Of a stretch of DNA of 64,000 nucleotides, positions 40,871-52,199 are shown piece after piece. Location of the stretch: the NCBI GenBank assembly GCA_965261545.1, contig CBDHDF010000010.1, positions 128,001-192,000 of the forward strand. The letters are read 5' to 3'. The first letter of the stretch is position 1. Each line of letters opens with the position of its first letter. This DNA is from Bdellovibrionales bacterium. GTDB taxonomy: Bacteria; Bdellovibrionota; Bdellovibrionia; Bdellovibrionales; UBA1609. The notes under the pieces are model-generated. The model saw nothing but the letters and a program-made list of their open reading frames with translations. It had not been told where the DNA came from and ran no database searches. Position numbers and translations under genes: made by a program.

Positions 40871-43017
40871 GTTCCTGTCCAGGGAAGAAAGTTAAGTAGT
40901 TTTAAGTATTTACATGCCTTCCCTTTAGATTTTATGCTTTAAAATGGAGTCCATCAAACATAATCCGTGTAAATTCAGTTACTTACATAAAACGGAAAAA
41001 TAAAATAAGTTCCCCCCCCCCTCTCTTGACGAACCTTTCACAGCCCCTCCCTTTCAGTGACTTATGTGGCTATCAACTGGTTACTTGATATGAGAGGAAG
41101 AGTTGGATCAACCTGTGTTTCCACCGTGGTGATTTCAAACCTCCTTCAGGGAAATAACATTACGTTGCGCATCAACTTCAAAAAATACTTGACGTGTTTT
41201 TTCAGAGAAATAATTTTTGATATTTTATTCTTCATTTATTTTTTATGTAGGTTTTAGGAGGCGTGGGAACCTCTCTATGAGGTAGAATTCTTATCCATGT
41301 TCTCCGAGAACCTCTCTGATTTTTTTCTTCTTAAAAGACATCCTTGCTCACTTTTTTCCCTCAAAAAAACGTATGTTAATATAAAAATTAAAGAGAAACT
41401 TTCACCAAAGGGGGGACTATGCGCCATTTGAAGAAGACACAGTTGGGACTCTTTTCCCAATATCCTAACCACCAACTCAGTACAGAATTGCAGCAAATTA
41501 ATAACATCATTGATCGCCATCCAGAGTTTGCCCATATGGTTCATGAAGACCTTGTTAAAGAAAAGAAAGATTCTGGTGATATTGGTATGACATCGGAGCA
41601 AGTTCTCAAGGTGGCTATTCTTAAATCCATAAGAGGTCTTTCCTATCGTGCGTTAGCCTTTAATCTTGTCGATTCAGTATCCACCAGAGCTTTTCTGGGC
41701 CTTGAATTGGAAGAAAATTACGCTCACTCCACCTTACAGGACTTGATTGTTCAAATAAGTGAAGAAACTTGGGGAATTATTAGCGCCTCTTTAGTTTCAG
41801 ATGCAAGAGATCAAAAGATTGAGCCGTGTAAGAAAATGAGATTGGACAGTACAGTGACGAAATCAAATATTCATCATCCAACGGATGCATCGCTTTTATA
41901 TGACTGCATAAGAGTTACAGAAAGAGAATTTAAAAAAGTTCGTAAAAATGTCATGAAAGATTTTTGGCGACTTATTTCAAGAGAAGATCTTAAGAGAGCA
42001 AAAACCTTTCTTTACAAAATTAATAATTCCAAAAATGATGCGGAAAGACTACCTTGCTATAAGGAGCTTTTAAAAATCGCTACCAAATTGAACAAAGGAT
42101 TACCTGATACCATCAGAAAGATAAAAAAAGAACAAAAATGTGTGAAGATGAATGCTTTGAAAAAGAGTCTAAAACAGTTAGAAAATGTTGCCTTCTACCT
42201 GGAAAAAATCATCTTTCAAACTCAAAAAAGAGTTATTGAGGGGAAAAAAGTATCTTCTGAAAAAAAGGTCCTATCCATCTTTGAACCGCATACAGACATT
42301 ATTGTAAAGGGGCAAAGAGAAGTCGAGTTTGGGCATAAAATCTTTCTGACCTCAGGGCAAAGCAACATGATTTTAGATTGTCAGATCCCTGATGGCAACC
42401 CCGCAGACTCTGATATGTTTTTAAAAGTTATGAATTCAGTGACACAAACCTATGGGGCTTGCCCTGTAAAAGTAAGTGCAGATGGTGGGTTTGCTTCAAA
42501 AGAAAATCTTGAAGAGGCCAAAGAGATGGGGGCTAAAGATGTTTGCTTCCCAGAAAAAAAAGGAATGAAAATATTAAAGATGGTTAAAAGTGCTTGGGTC
42601 TTTAAAAATCTTCTCAATTGGAGAGCCGGAATAGAGGCTGTTATTTCATTCCTTAAGAGATGTTTTGGTATGAGAGTTGCTTACTGGAAAGGGCATGATG
42701 GTTTTAAGAGGTATGTAAAGAATGCCGTTTGTGCCTATAATTTTGTTGTCTTGGCAAGACATGAATTATCAACTGTCACCTAAATTTATCCATTAGGAAT
42801 AACAGCAATGGACCAGGTCGAAGGTGCTAAAATCTTCCAAAGGTAGGGGTGCGTCTTCAAATCGAAAAAACTAGGGCGCAAGTCGCTTAAAGACCTTTTT
42901 CCCCTTAATCTGTAGAGTTTGTGTGGCAAATCTCCAACTCTCACTCCCCCATTGAGGCATTGGGAGGCTCAATGGGGAGTGTCAGAGAACAAAAAATGGG
43001 CCTTTCTGGACAGAAAC
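40871..43017 (+). mobile_element. ISNCY/IS5-like element, copy 1
   Basis: IRs gttcctgtccag / ctggacagaaac; TSD TAAGTA. Confidence 0.9.
41419..42783 (+). CDS. ISNCY/IS5-like DDE transposase
   Basis: RLDST, HHPTDASLL, SIFEPHTDII.KG, SADGGF and RAGIEAVIS.LKR. Confidence 0.88.
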   Translation: MRHLKKTQLGLFSQYPNHQLSTELQQINNIIDRHPEFAHMVHEDLVKEKKDSGDIGMTSEQVLKVAILKSIRGLSYRALAFNLVDSVSTRAFLGLELEENYAHSTLQDLIVQISEETWGIISASLVSDARDQKIEPCKKMRLDSTVTKSNIHHPTDASLLYDCIRVTEREFKKVRKNVMKDFWRLISREDLKRAKTFLYKINNSKNDAERLPCYKELLKIATKLNKGLPDTIRKIKKEQKCVKMNALKKSLKQLENVAFYLEKIIFQTQKRVIEGKKVSSEKKVLSIFEPHTDIIVKGQREVEFGHKIFLTSGQSNMILDCQIPDGNPADSDMFLKVMNSVTQTYGACPVKVSADGGFASKENLEEAKEMGAKDVCFPEKKGMKILKMVKSAWVFKNLLNWRAGIEAVISFLKRCFGMRVAYWKGHDGFKRYVKNAVCAYNFVVLARHELSTVT

Positions 43018-43023
43018 TAAGTA

Positions 43024-45171
43024 GTTCCTGTCCAGGGAAGAAAGTTAAGTAGTTTTAAGTATTTACATGCCTTCCCTTTAGATTTTATGCTTTAAAATGG
43101 AGTCCATCAAACATAATCCGTGTAAATTCAGTTACTTACATAAAACGGAAAAATAAAATAAGTTCCCCCCCCCCCTCTCTTGACGAACCTTTCACAGCCC
43201 CTCCCTTTCAGTGACTTATGTGGCTATCAACTGGTTACTTGATATGAGAGGAAGAGTTGGATCAACCTGTGTTTCCACCGTGGTGATTTCAAACCTCCTT
43301 CAGGGAAATAACATTACGTTGCGCATCAACTTCAAAAAATACTTGACGTGTTTTTTCAGAGAAATAATTTTTGATATTTTATTCTTCATTTATTTTTTAT
43401 GTAGGTTTTAGGAGGCGTGGGAACCTCTCTATGAGGTAGAATTCTTATCCATGTTCTCCGAGAACCTCTCTGATTTTTTTCTTCTTAAAAGACATCCTTG
43501 CTCACTTTTTTCCCTCAAAAAAACGTATGTTAATATAAAAATTAAAGAGAAACTTTCACCAAAGGGGGGACTATGCGCCATTTGAAGAAGACACAGTTGG
43601 GACTCTTTTCCCAATATCCTAACCACCAACTCAGTACAGAATTGCAGCAAATTAATAACATCATTGATCGCCATCCAGAGTTTGCCCATATGGTTCATGA
43701 AGACCTTGTTAAAGAAAAGAAAGATTCTGGTGATATTGGTATGACATCGGAGCAAGTTCTCAAGGTGGCTATTCTTAAATCCATAAGAGGTCTTTCCTAT
43801 CGTGCGTTAGCCTTTAATCTTGTCGATTCAGTATCCACCAGAGCTTTTCTGGGCCTTGAATTGGAAGAAAATTACGCTCACTCCACCTTACAGGACTTGA
43901 TTGTTCAAATAAGTGAAGAAACTTGGGGAATTATTAGCGCCTCTTTAGTTTCAGATGCAAGAGATCAAAAGATTGAGCCGTGTAAGAAAATGAGATTGGA
44001 CAGTACAGTGACGAAATCAAATATTCATCATCCAACGGATGCATCGCTTTTATATGACTGCATAAGAGTTACAGAAAGAGAATTTAAAAAAGTTCGTAAA
44101 AATGTCATGAAAGATTTTTGGCGACTTATTTCAAGAGAAGATCTTAAGAGAGCAAAAACCTTGCTTTACAAAATTAATAATTCCAAAAATGATGCGGAAA
44201 GACTACCTTGCTATAAGGAGCTTTTAAAAATCGCTACCAAATTGAACAAAGGATTACCTGATACCATCAGAAAGATAAAAAAAGAACAAAAATGTGTGAA
44301 GATGAATGCTTTGAAAAAGAGTCTAAAACAGTTAGAAAATGTTGCCTTCTACCTGGAAAAAATCATCTTTCAAACTCAAAAAAGAGTTATTGAGGGGAAA
44401 AAAGTATCTTCTGAAAAAAAGGTCCTATCCATCTTTGAACCGCATACAGACATTATTGTAAAGGGGCAAAGAGAAGTCGAGTTTGGGCATAAAATCTTTC
44501 TGACCTCAGGGCAAAGCAACATGATTTTAGATTGTCAGATCCCTGATGGCAACCCCGCAGACTCTGATATGTTTTTAAAAGTTATGAATTCAGTGACACA
44601 AACCTATGGGGCTTGCCCTGTAAAAGTAAGTGCAGATGGTGGGTTTGCTTCAAAAGAAAATCTTGAAGAGGCCAAAGAGATGGGGGCTAAAGATGTTTGC
44701 TTCCCAGAAAAAAAAGGAATGAAAATATTAAAGATGGTTAAAAGTGCTTGGGTCTTTAAAAATCTTCTCAATTGGAGAGCCGGAATAGAGGCTGTTATTT
44801 CATTCCTTAAGAGATGTTTTGGTATGAGAGTTGCTTACTGGAAAGGGCATGATGGTTTTAAGAGGTATGTAAAGAATGCCGTTTGTGCCTATAATTTTGT
44901 TGTCTTGGCAAGACATGAATTATCAACTGTCACCTAAATTTATCCATTAGGAATAACAGCAATGGACCAGGTCGAAGGTGCTAAAATCTTCCAAAGGTAG
45001 GGGTGCGTCTTCAAATCGAAAAAACTAGGGCGCAAGTCGCTTAAAGACCTTTTTCCCCTTAATCTGTAGAGTTTGTGTGGCAAATCTCCAACTCTCACTC
45101 CCCCATTGAGGCATTGGGAGGCTCAATGGGGAGTGTCAGAGAACAAAAAATGGGCCTTTCTGGACAGAAAC
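43024..45171 (+). mobile_element. ISNCY/IS5-like element, copy 2 (direct tandem)
   Basis: Same IRs; TAAGTA at 43018-43023 and 45172-45177. Confidence 0.9.
43573..44937 (+). CDS. ISNCY/IS5-like DDE transposase
   Basis: Differs from copy 1 by one residue (F>L). Confidence 0.88.
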   Translation: MRHLKKTQLGLFSQYPNHQLSTELQQINNIIDRHPEFAHMVHEDLVKEKKDSGDIGMTSEQVLKVAILKSIRGLSYRALAFNLVDSVSTRAFLGLELEENYAHSTLQDLIVQISEETWGIISASLVSDARDQKIEPCKKMRLDSTVTKSNIHHPTDASLLYDCIRVTEREFKKVRKNVMKDFWRLISREDLKRAKTLLYKINNSKNDAERLPCYKELLKIATKLNKGLPDTIRKIKKEQKCVKMNALKKSLKQLENVAFYLEKIIFQTQKRVIEGKKVSSEKKVLSIFEPHTDIIVKGQREVEFGHKIFLTSGQSNMILDCQIPDGNPADSDMFLKVMNSVTQTYGACPVKVSADGGFASKENLEEAKEMGAKDVCFPEKKGMKILKMVKSAWVFKNLLNWRAGIEAVISFLKRCFGMRVAYWKGHDGFKRYVKNAVCAYNFVVLARHELSTVT

Positions 45172-45184
45172 TAAGTAGCCCATA

Positions 45185-46693
45185 GTGGCTTGCAACTCAT
45201 TGGAGGCTATCTTTAACAACGCTCCCAAATACCAACGACACCGCCCTGAAAAGACTCTCCTTTACAAATTGGTGCAAGAAAATCTACTCACTTTCTACCG
45301 GCACATAGAAAATGAGCATGAAAATGGCCTTCCCCAGTTCGTTAAAAAAGAATTCGATGAGTTTCTCAAGTGTGGAATTCTTGCCCATGGTTTCTTGAGA
45401 ACCCAGTGTGAATCTTGCCACCATGAAAGGCTTGTGGCCTTTAGCTGCAAGCGTCGAGGCTTCTGTCCAAGCTGCGGCGCAAGAAGAATGGCTGAAAGTG
45501 CAGCCCACTTAGTTGATGAAGTTTTTCCCCAAAAACCCCTACGACAATGGGTCCTTAGCTTTCCTTTTCAAATAAGATTCCTCTTTGCCAAAAATCCAAA
45601 GGTCATGGGAGAGGTCTTAGCCATCGTTCATCGAGCCATTTCCACCTACCTGATCAAAAAAGCTGGTCTCACCAAAAAATCAGGAGCCAAGGCGGGTTCT
45701 GTTACCTTCATTCAACGCTTTGGCGGAAGCATCAATCTCAATATTCATTTCCATATGATGTATTTGGATGGAGTGTACACATTCCCCGAAGGTAAACCTC
45801 ATTTTCACCCCATAACTCCACCCACCCAAAGTGAAATGGATCACATCTTGGTGAGCATAGCTCATAGAGTGGTCAAGCACCTAGAAAAAAAGGGACTCAT
45901 CCTAAGGGATGAAACAGGGCAAGAGTATCTGGCTATGGAAGCCTCTGACAGTATGGACCAAGTCCACGGATCATCAGTCACCTATAGAATAGCTCTCGGT
46001 CCTCACAAAGGGAAAAAAGCACTGACTCTTCACACTGTATCAGCAAGAGGTAAAGATTTTAACAGTGAATTTCTCGCCAAATATTCTGGCTTTAGCCTCC
46101 ATGGAGGAGTCGCATGTAGAGCCCATGAGAAAAAAAAGCGAGAGAGGGTATGCCGGTATATTTCAAGACCCAGCCTCAGTGAAGAAAGGCTCTCATTAAA
46201 TACCAGGGGCCAAGTTGTCTATAAACTCAAAACTGCCTATGACAATGGAACCACTCATATCGTTCTGGACCCCCTTGATTTCCTTAGCCGTCTTACCTCC
46301 CTCATCCCTCGACCACGAGTGAATCTCACAAGATTCCACGGAGTTTTCGCGCCCAATTTCAAATATCGATCCTCAATCGTCCCTCAATTCCAAATCGAAG
46401 CCTCCATCGATGAAGACTCAAGGGAAGATGCCTTAGATTTGGAAGATTCAGAGCCAAGGCCAAACAAGAAAAAATCTTCAGGAATGACCTGGGCTCAAAG
46501 GCTCAGGAGGGTTTTTGACATAGACATTGAAACTTGCCATGAGTGTGGTGGAAAAGTAAAAGTCATTTCTTCCATTGAAGACCCTCAGGTCATTGAAAAA
46601 ATTCTTACTCATCTCGGCATCACCTCACAACCTCCAAGCCTATGGCCTCCTAGAGGCCCACCACAAAGTGAGAGCTTCGATTCATTTTCTTAA
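45185..46693 (+). CDS. IS91/ISCR-family rolling-circle transposase
   Basis: Zn ribbon CESC...SCKRRGFCPSC, HFH (HUH) motif, RYISRP and RFHGVFAPN. Confidence 0.93.
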   Translation: MACNSLEAIFNNAPKYQRHRPEKTLLYKLVQENLLTFYRHIENEHENGLPQFVKKEFDEFLKCGILAHGFLRTQCESCHHERLVAFSCKRRGFCPSCGARRMAESAAHLVDEVFPQKPLRQWVLSFPFQIRFLFAKNPKVMGEVLAIVHRAISTYLIKKAGLTKKSGAKAGSVTFIQRFGGSINLNIHFHMMYLDGVYTFPEGKPHFHPITPPTQSEMDHILVSIAHRVVKHLEKKGLILRDETGQEYLAMEASDSMDQVHGSSVTYRIALGPHKGKKALTLHTVSARGKDFNSEFLAKYSGFSLHGGVACRAHEKKKRERVCRYISRPSLSEERLSLNTRGQVVYKLKTAYDNGTTHIVLDPLDFLSRLTSLIPRPRVNLTRFHGVFAPNFKYRSSIVPQFQIEASIDEDSREDALDLEDSEPRPNKKKSSGMTWAQRLRRVFDIDIETCHECGGKVKVISSIEDPQVIEKILTHLGITSQPPSLWPPRGPPQSESFDSFS

Positions 46694-46934
46694 CTTCTGA
46701 CTGTCCTGAATGACGCATAGGGCTGTATCATCTGCTCCCTCTATGTTCATGGAGAGGTACGTCTCAACACCATAAAACAACATATTTTTCTGGCCTTATT
46801 TTCCTCAAACTTTGCCCAACACCATCCTAAACCACCAGTTAAGCCCAAAAATCCTATTGGAGCTTTCGCTGGCCTCTGCAGTTTTTACTGATATGCCTTG
46901 CGGATTTCTAAAAAAGACCTTTTATCCTTCCTAT

Positions 46935-48251
46935 TCACTCCTTGCCCTCTTTCTGGATTTCTTTGTGACAGGAGCTTACAAAGCCCATAGCTCTTCTGAG
47001 ATTTTCAATGGTCCCACCCTGAAAAAGCTCCTCAATGAAGTTTTCAAGCTCTTTACAAATCATACTTGCTTGAATGAGAATGTTCTGGGGAGTGGCCTCC
47101 TTGTAGGCGCGACTGGGCTCCGGGAGGTGTTCGTTTTTGGTGATGTACTCTCCGAGTTTACCTTTGGTCCTCTTGTGGCGAGCGAGGAGCTGTTTTTGAA
47201 AGTAAATCTCCACACTCTCCACTCCAATTTTTACATCTACATACTCCCCTCGGTGCTGAAACGGAGCCGAGTAGAAGTTGGATTCAACGCTCACATGACA
47301 GTCTTGGTGGAGTTTTTTCTTCTCCCAACGTCCCCACCGGTAGGGAAAAGAAGGCAAGGGTTTTAAAGTTTTTACCTCTCGTTGAAATTTTTCATTGCGA
47401 GAGACCTTAAATCTTGTGTGAGGGCGAGCATTTATCTTCTCGCACACCTCCCTTAAAGCCTTATTAATTTGATCCAGACTGGTGAAGGTCTCTCGTCTGT
47501 ACATGAACCTGAGGGCCCTTGTAACGAGCTTCACGGCATTCTCAGTAAGGCTTTTATCCTGGGGACGACGAACTCGAGCGGGAACAGCCACCGTGTCATA
47601 GTGTTCCAAAAGCTCTTGGTAGGATTTATTCAACTCTGGATCATACAAATGGGGTGTGTTCACTCCAGTCTTTAAATTATCAGGAACAACCACTCTCGGA
47701 ACCCCACCGTAATATTCAAACATCAGAACGTGAGCGTGAAGAAAATCTTCACTAGATTCGCTCAAAGAGCCATAAGCAAAAATACGCTGAGAGAAACATA
47801 GATTTGAGCAAAATATATGGGCCTTATGAATATTAAGGTCTTCATCGATCCACTCTGGCTGAAACCCTGCGTAATCAACCTCAACTTGGTGGCCTGGCTG
47901 AAAATCACGCAAGGTAATAATCCTTTTGCCAGCTTTTGGAAATTGCTTATGAAACTCCCTCGTAAACTGGGGGTAGCTAATGACCTTCAGAAATTTTTCC
48001 TCCCAAACGTCACTTAAACAATGCCTATCCTCAATCTCCTTCTCAATAATCTTCCAATCTATACCGTAAGACCAAGGGGGAATTTCTCTTTGGGTCTTCC
48101 AATCCTTGGGGTCTGTTAAAAGACCACGTCTTATCTTTCTAAGAGTCTTGGTGCAGCATTTCATGCGGCGACTGATTTCTCGGTCGGGAATATTTGCCTT
48201 TATTAATGATTTTATTTTTGTGTAACGCTCATGATCCATCTTTGTTCTCAT
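46935..48251 (-). pseudogene. istA: IstA of IS21 #3, 3'-truncated at the IS91 ori end; istB absent
   Basis: PGHQVEVDYAG, VPDNLKTGV and PARVRRPQDK; the ORF ends abruptly at the junction. Confidence 0.85.
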
Positions 48252-49047
48252 TTCGACCTCCTTGGTTAAAGATTGGAGGTCTTTATAGAACATCAATGAC
48301 GCTATGCTAAGGGGAATCAGTCATGCCAATCAGTGCGGGCAATGCCATGGTTCGCCGGGCGAACTGAGATAAGATAGGGGGTTAGAGTCCCCCGAGAGGA
48401 AGGTCAACCGACCACTTCTCTCCCCAAGCCGTGCGCGGTCGGCCGTGAGGCCGAAGCGATGTATCGGTAGGGGTGTGTGTGGGCCAAATAATTGAGCGTC
48501 GAAAATGCCGAACTCTGGAGTGCGGAGGCTGTCATGGTAGCCGAACGCAACATACCCACCAGCGCTATGGTGAGTTGGTGGGTAACTCCACGGCGTCGTA
48601 GAAACTGGCACATACATGAATCTTATCTCGGGACCTCGGGAGGTCTTTATTTAACCCCGTCATGTGCGACGGGCGACATGGGAAAGGAGGTAACCGTAAC
48701 CCATGAACGAAATAAAGAAATCGGATCCACTCATAGTAGCGATGAAGAGGACGAACAAAGGGCCTACAAGCCCAGCGGAGTCCTTGGAGCGAAGGGGTGG
48801 AACTGAAGGGAACTCAATCCGTCAAAGCATCTGCCGAACACAGAGTTGGGAAAAGGTGTCACAGGCGACGGAGCGAGTCCGTATAGCAGCAAAGAGAAAG
48901 GATGGTAAGCTCACTTGCTTGCTTCACCATGTATCTGTGGAAGCCCTCCACTTGGCTTACCTCTATTTGAATAGGGGAGCCAGTGCGGGAGTGGACCATT
49001 TAACATGGAAGGAGTATGGCGAGAACCTCGTGCAAAACCTGTTCGAT

Positions 49048-50682
49048 TTACATCGTCGGGTCCACACTACTCCCCGGACACAATGGCAAACTTTTGGAGG
49101 TTGGCACAACGTGTCGAACTACAATTTCACTTGCCTTAATGTTCACCTCAACCTCCTTCACCAGTAGCCTTACAATCTCCTTTTTTTGCTCAAAACTCAA
49201 TACCTTTAAATTGGCACTCACTTTTTTTTGGAATTCTTGGAGTTGATCTACAAGCTGTAGTTGTTGTCCTTCTTGCCTTTGCTCATACTCTAAAGATTGC
49301 TTTTCATTTTCAAGTTGCTTTATTTTTCCTCTTATTTTTTTTAATCGTGACTCTATTTCTGATAGATTTAGAGTTCCATTTTGATAAAGATCCAAGAGAC
49401 GTTCCTTTTCATGTGTTATTTGACGAATCTCCTGAGCCTTTTTTACAATTAATTTTTCCAATGATTGTTGTTCACCTTTTTGCTCATGAATTCTACTTGT
49501 ATACTCATCTATAACTGTCTGAGGATTTTCAAGTAATTTAACTGTTTGTTCCCAAACTAAGTCATCTAAAACTTCAACTCTTACGGGATGAGATGAGCAA
49601 ACTCTACCTTTAGCTGGCCACCTATAACCATCTTGTCCCATGCAGCGATAATAACAAAGCTTATACCTTGAGTGAGAAGCAGGTTTGCCATAGATCGAAT
49701 AACCACACTCTTTGCATCGTAAAAGACCACTTAACAAATACTCATATTTTTTATTATTCCGAGAGGAAAGTTTTTTGTTAGCTTCCAATTGGCTGGACGC
49801 ATCTTGAAAAGTTTTTGAAGAAATTATAGATGGAACGGGAATATATATCCAATCCTTTTTATTTCGATTGGAAGAACTTGATTTATGTTTTTTTGGATAA
49901 AAATTATTGTCTCTTGCGAACTTGGTTGGACGCAACCTTTCTACCTTGATAGTCTTTCTAAAAGCAGCTTGTCCATAATAAGCGGGATTTTTAAGCATAC
50001 ACAAGATAGTTGAACGCCCCCAAATACCTTGTTGTCTTCTAGTAGGCACCCCCCTTATATTTAATTCCTTTGCAATTGCTCTAATACTTAGTTTGTTTCG
50101 GCAATACATTTGAAAAATATTTTTAACAACTTTAGACTCTTCTGGATGGATTTCATATCGTGCGTCAGCGGAGTCTGTTTTCAGAATATATATATAACCA
50201 TAGGGGGCTCCACATAAAACGCTAACAAAGCCCTTAGAAGCCTTTTGAAGTTTACCCCTTCGACTTCTTTCCATAATTTTTTCTCTTTCATATTCTGAAA
50301 TGACTCCTTGTATTTGTAGCAAAAGCTGATCTTCGGGTGAATTTGTAATATCTCTATTAGAAAAAATAATTTCAACACCTAGCCTCTGAAATTCTTCAAT
50401 TAGAATCAATTGATGGGCATATTTACGAGCTAATCTGTCTGGACATAACACAAGTACCTTTGTAACCTCCCCAGAAAAAGCTTTGTCGCGAAGAGAGTCT
50501 AAAGCAGGACGAACAAGGGTGGCGCCACTCACACCATTATCCATAAATATAAGATCCTCCTCTACACAAAAATTGTGTTCCTTAGCGAAATCGTGAAGAC
50601 TAGAAATCTGTGAATCAATGGTTCCCTCTTGAGCTTGTTTATCTGAGGACACTCGACAATAAAGAGCTACTGATGTTTCCAT
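49048..50682 (-). CDS. Large serine recombinase
   Basis: YCRVSS, DNGVSG..RPAL, DRLAR, YERE.I.ER, YGY, Zn ribbon CKEC...YYRC...C and a coiled coil. Confidence 0.95.
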   Translation of the reverse strand: METSVALYCRVSSDKQAQEGTIDSQISSLHDFAKEHNFCVEEDLIFMDNGVSGATLVRPALDSLRDKAFSGEVTKVLVLCPDRLARKYAHQLILIEEFQRLGVEIIFSNRDITNSPEDQLLLQIQGVISEYEREKIMERSRRGKLQKASKGFVSVLCGAPYGYIYILKTDSADARYEIHPEESKVVKNIFQMYCRNKLSIRAIAKELNIRGVPTRRQQGIWGRSTILCMLKNPAYYGQAAFRKTIKVERLRPTKFARDNNFYPKKHKSSSSNRNKKDWIYIPVPSIISSKTFQDASSQLEANKKLSSRNNKKYEYLLSGLLRCKECGYSIYGKPASHSRYKLCYYRCMGQDGYRWPAKGRVCSSHPVRVEVLDDLVWEQTVKLLENPQTVIDEYTSRIHEQKGEQQSLEKLIVKKAQEIRQITHEKERLLDLYQNGTLNLSEIESRLKKIRGKIKQLENEKQSLEYEQRQEGQQLQLVDQLQEFQKKVSANLKVLSFEQKKEIVRLLVKEVEVNIKASEIVVRHVVPTSKSLPLCPGSSVDPTM

Positions 50683-51005
50683 TTTTAACCTCCATTATTT
50701 TCTGTTGTTTTACTTTCTGCTTTAATTGTTTCTTTATTTTTGGAACAACAACTTCGTATGTCTGTTGAATCCGTGTGGTTTGGTCGCTTTGATAGACACT
50801 TTTTAGCTGAGCTGTCCATGGATTTTGATGTTTTGTTTGGTGGGCCATTATCATTCCTTTGACTATGGTTCGAAGCTAAATGGGAAGAATCCTCAGGTGG
50901 ATGCCAACGATAGTGAGCATATTTACGACCACTTGCATAAAGTGAATGATTATATATATTTATGGAAATTTCAATGGAAAAGTTGTCTATTGTGTCCGAG
51001 GAGTA
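49068..51005 (-). mobile_element. Minimal large-serine-recombinase integrative element
   Basis: Imperfect IRs tactcc(c/t)cggacacaat...actttt flank it. The core AC is duplicated at 49066-49067 and 51006-51007. Confidence 0.88.
50639..50854 (-). CDS. Small ORF upstream of the recombinase (possible directionality factor)
   Basis: Basic 71-aa ORF overlapping the recombinase start. Confidence 0.45.
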   Translation of the reverse strand: MIMAHQTKHQNPWTAQLKSVYQSDQTTRIQQTYEVVVPKIKKQLKQKVKQQKIMEVKNGNISSSLLSSVLR

Positions 51006-52199
51006 ACGGGTGCTTACAAAGGGCAACCTGTCTTGCGGGTAGAAATACCCAAGTCAGACGGGGGCACAAGACCCTTGGGTGTCCTGGCCTTGGAGGACAA
51101 GATTGTCCAGAAGGCCGTTGTAGACAGCATCCTCTCTCCCATCTACGAGGAACATTTCCTCGGTTATAGCTACGGATTCCGTCCAGGGCGTGGAGCGCAT
51201 AATGCGTTGGATGCTCTGGCTTACGGAATAGAGCGTAGAAAGATCAGCTACATATTGGATGCGGATATAAAATCCTACTTCGATAGCGTGGATAGAAAGA
51301 CTCTAATTCGCTTTCTAAAACACCTCATCGGAGATGAGAGACTCATTCGTCTCTTTGAAAAGTGGCTCAAGTGCGGAGTGCTATCTCAAGGCGTCTTAGA
51401 AGACACAGGGAGAGGGACCGTTCAAGGTTCAAATATTTCCCCTATCTTCGCCAACATATATTTACATTATGTGTTGGATTTATGGATGCAGAAATGGCGC
51501 AAGGACCATGCCACAGGGGACATGATATTTGTTCGCTACGCCGATGACTTTGTCGTAGGCTTTCAATACAAGGGGGAAGCTGAACGCTTCCTCAATGATC
51601 TGAAGCGCAGGCTTAAGGAGTTTTCTCTAGAAATACATCCGGGGAAAACTCGCCTCATAGAGTTCGGTCGATTTGCAAATGCAAATTGCCGCCGACGAGG
51701 TCTTGGTCACTCCGAGACTTTTGATTTCTTAGGATTCACTCACTTTTGTGTGCGCACGAGGAAAGGAGGCTTTAGGATAGGGCGTAAACCCATATCCAAG
51801 AGAGTCTGCCGGACCTTACAGCACCTGAAGCTGAGTCTGAGAAAACGAGTCTACACGAGGGACCTAGCGGAATGTGCAAAGTGGTTGGGTTTGGTCATCA
51901 AAGGCTGGCTCAATTATTTTGCGGTTCCAGGAAGTACGGTGTACCTACGAAAATTTATTTGCGCAATCAGGAGTGCTTGGATGAAAGCCATCCGACGACG
52001 CTCACAGCGTGGACGGAGATTCTCGTGGAAGAGGTTGGATAGAATGATTCGTCTATTCTGGCCTCGTATATCCATACGCCACCCGTGGCCAACAGATAGG
52101 TTCGCTATGCGGTACCACCTGAAGTAGGAGCCGGATGCTTTAACGAGCACGTCCGGATCTGTGCGGGGGGTGCGTGGCAACACGCATTCCTACCGTAAC

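Larger units (their letters stand above)
40058..46940 (+). mobile_element. IS91/ISCR-like rolling-circle element (contains the ISNCY tandem)
   Basis: HUH transposase; oriIS-like TTTTATCCTTCCTATTCACTC followed by CTTG at 46941-46944. Left limit inferred from the duplication breakpoint. Confidence 0.7.
48856..52127 (+). pseudogene. ltrA: Group II intron RT/maturase (no En domain) interrupted by the recombinase element
   Basis: LLHH...SAGVD...LHRRVHT|GAYKGQPVLRVEIPK..G..RPLG; GTVQG; YADD; FDFLGF. Confidence 0.9.
48350..52199 (+). mobile_element. Group II intron (class E-like) inserted between IS21 terminal repeats
   Basis: Starts GTTCGCC; DV GAGCCGGATGCTTTAACGAGCACGTCCGGATC; ends CCTACCGTAAC. 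The EBS1 loop CATGGT (48533-48538) pairs with exon GCCATG. Removal restores the repeat junction ccatg|caactgg. Confidence 0.9.

Noticed and set aside
48333..48349. GTGCG as the intron 5' end
   Set aside because: It belongs to the 23-bp IS repeat. Repeat restoration and EBS1 pairing put the boundary at 48350.
48856..52127. DGR or retron reverse transcriptase acting on the repeat surface protein
   Set aside because: The RT lies within a group II ribozyme (DV/DVI, EBS1). I saw no TR/VR pair with adenine-specific differences and no msr/msd.
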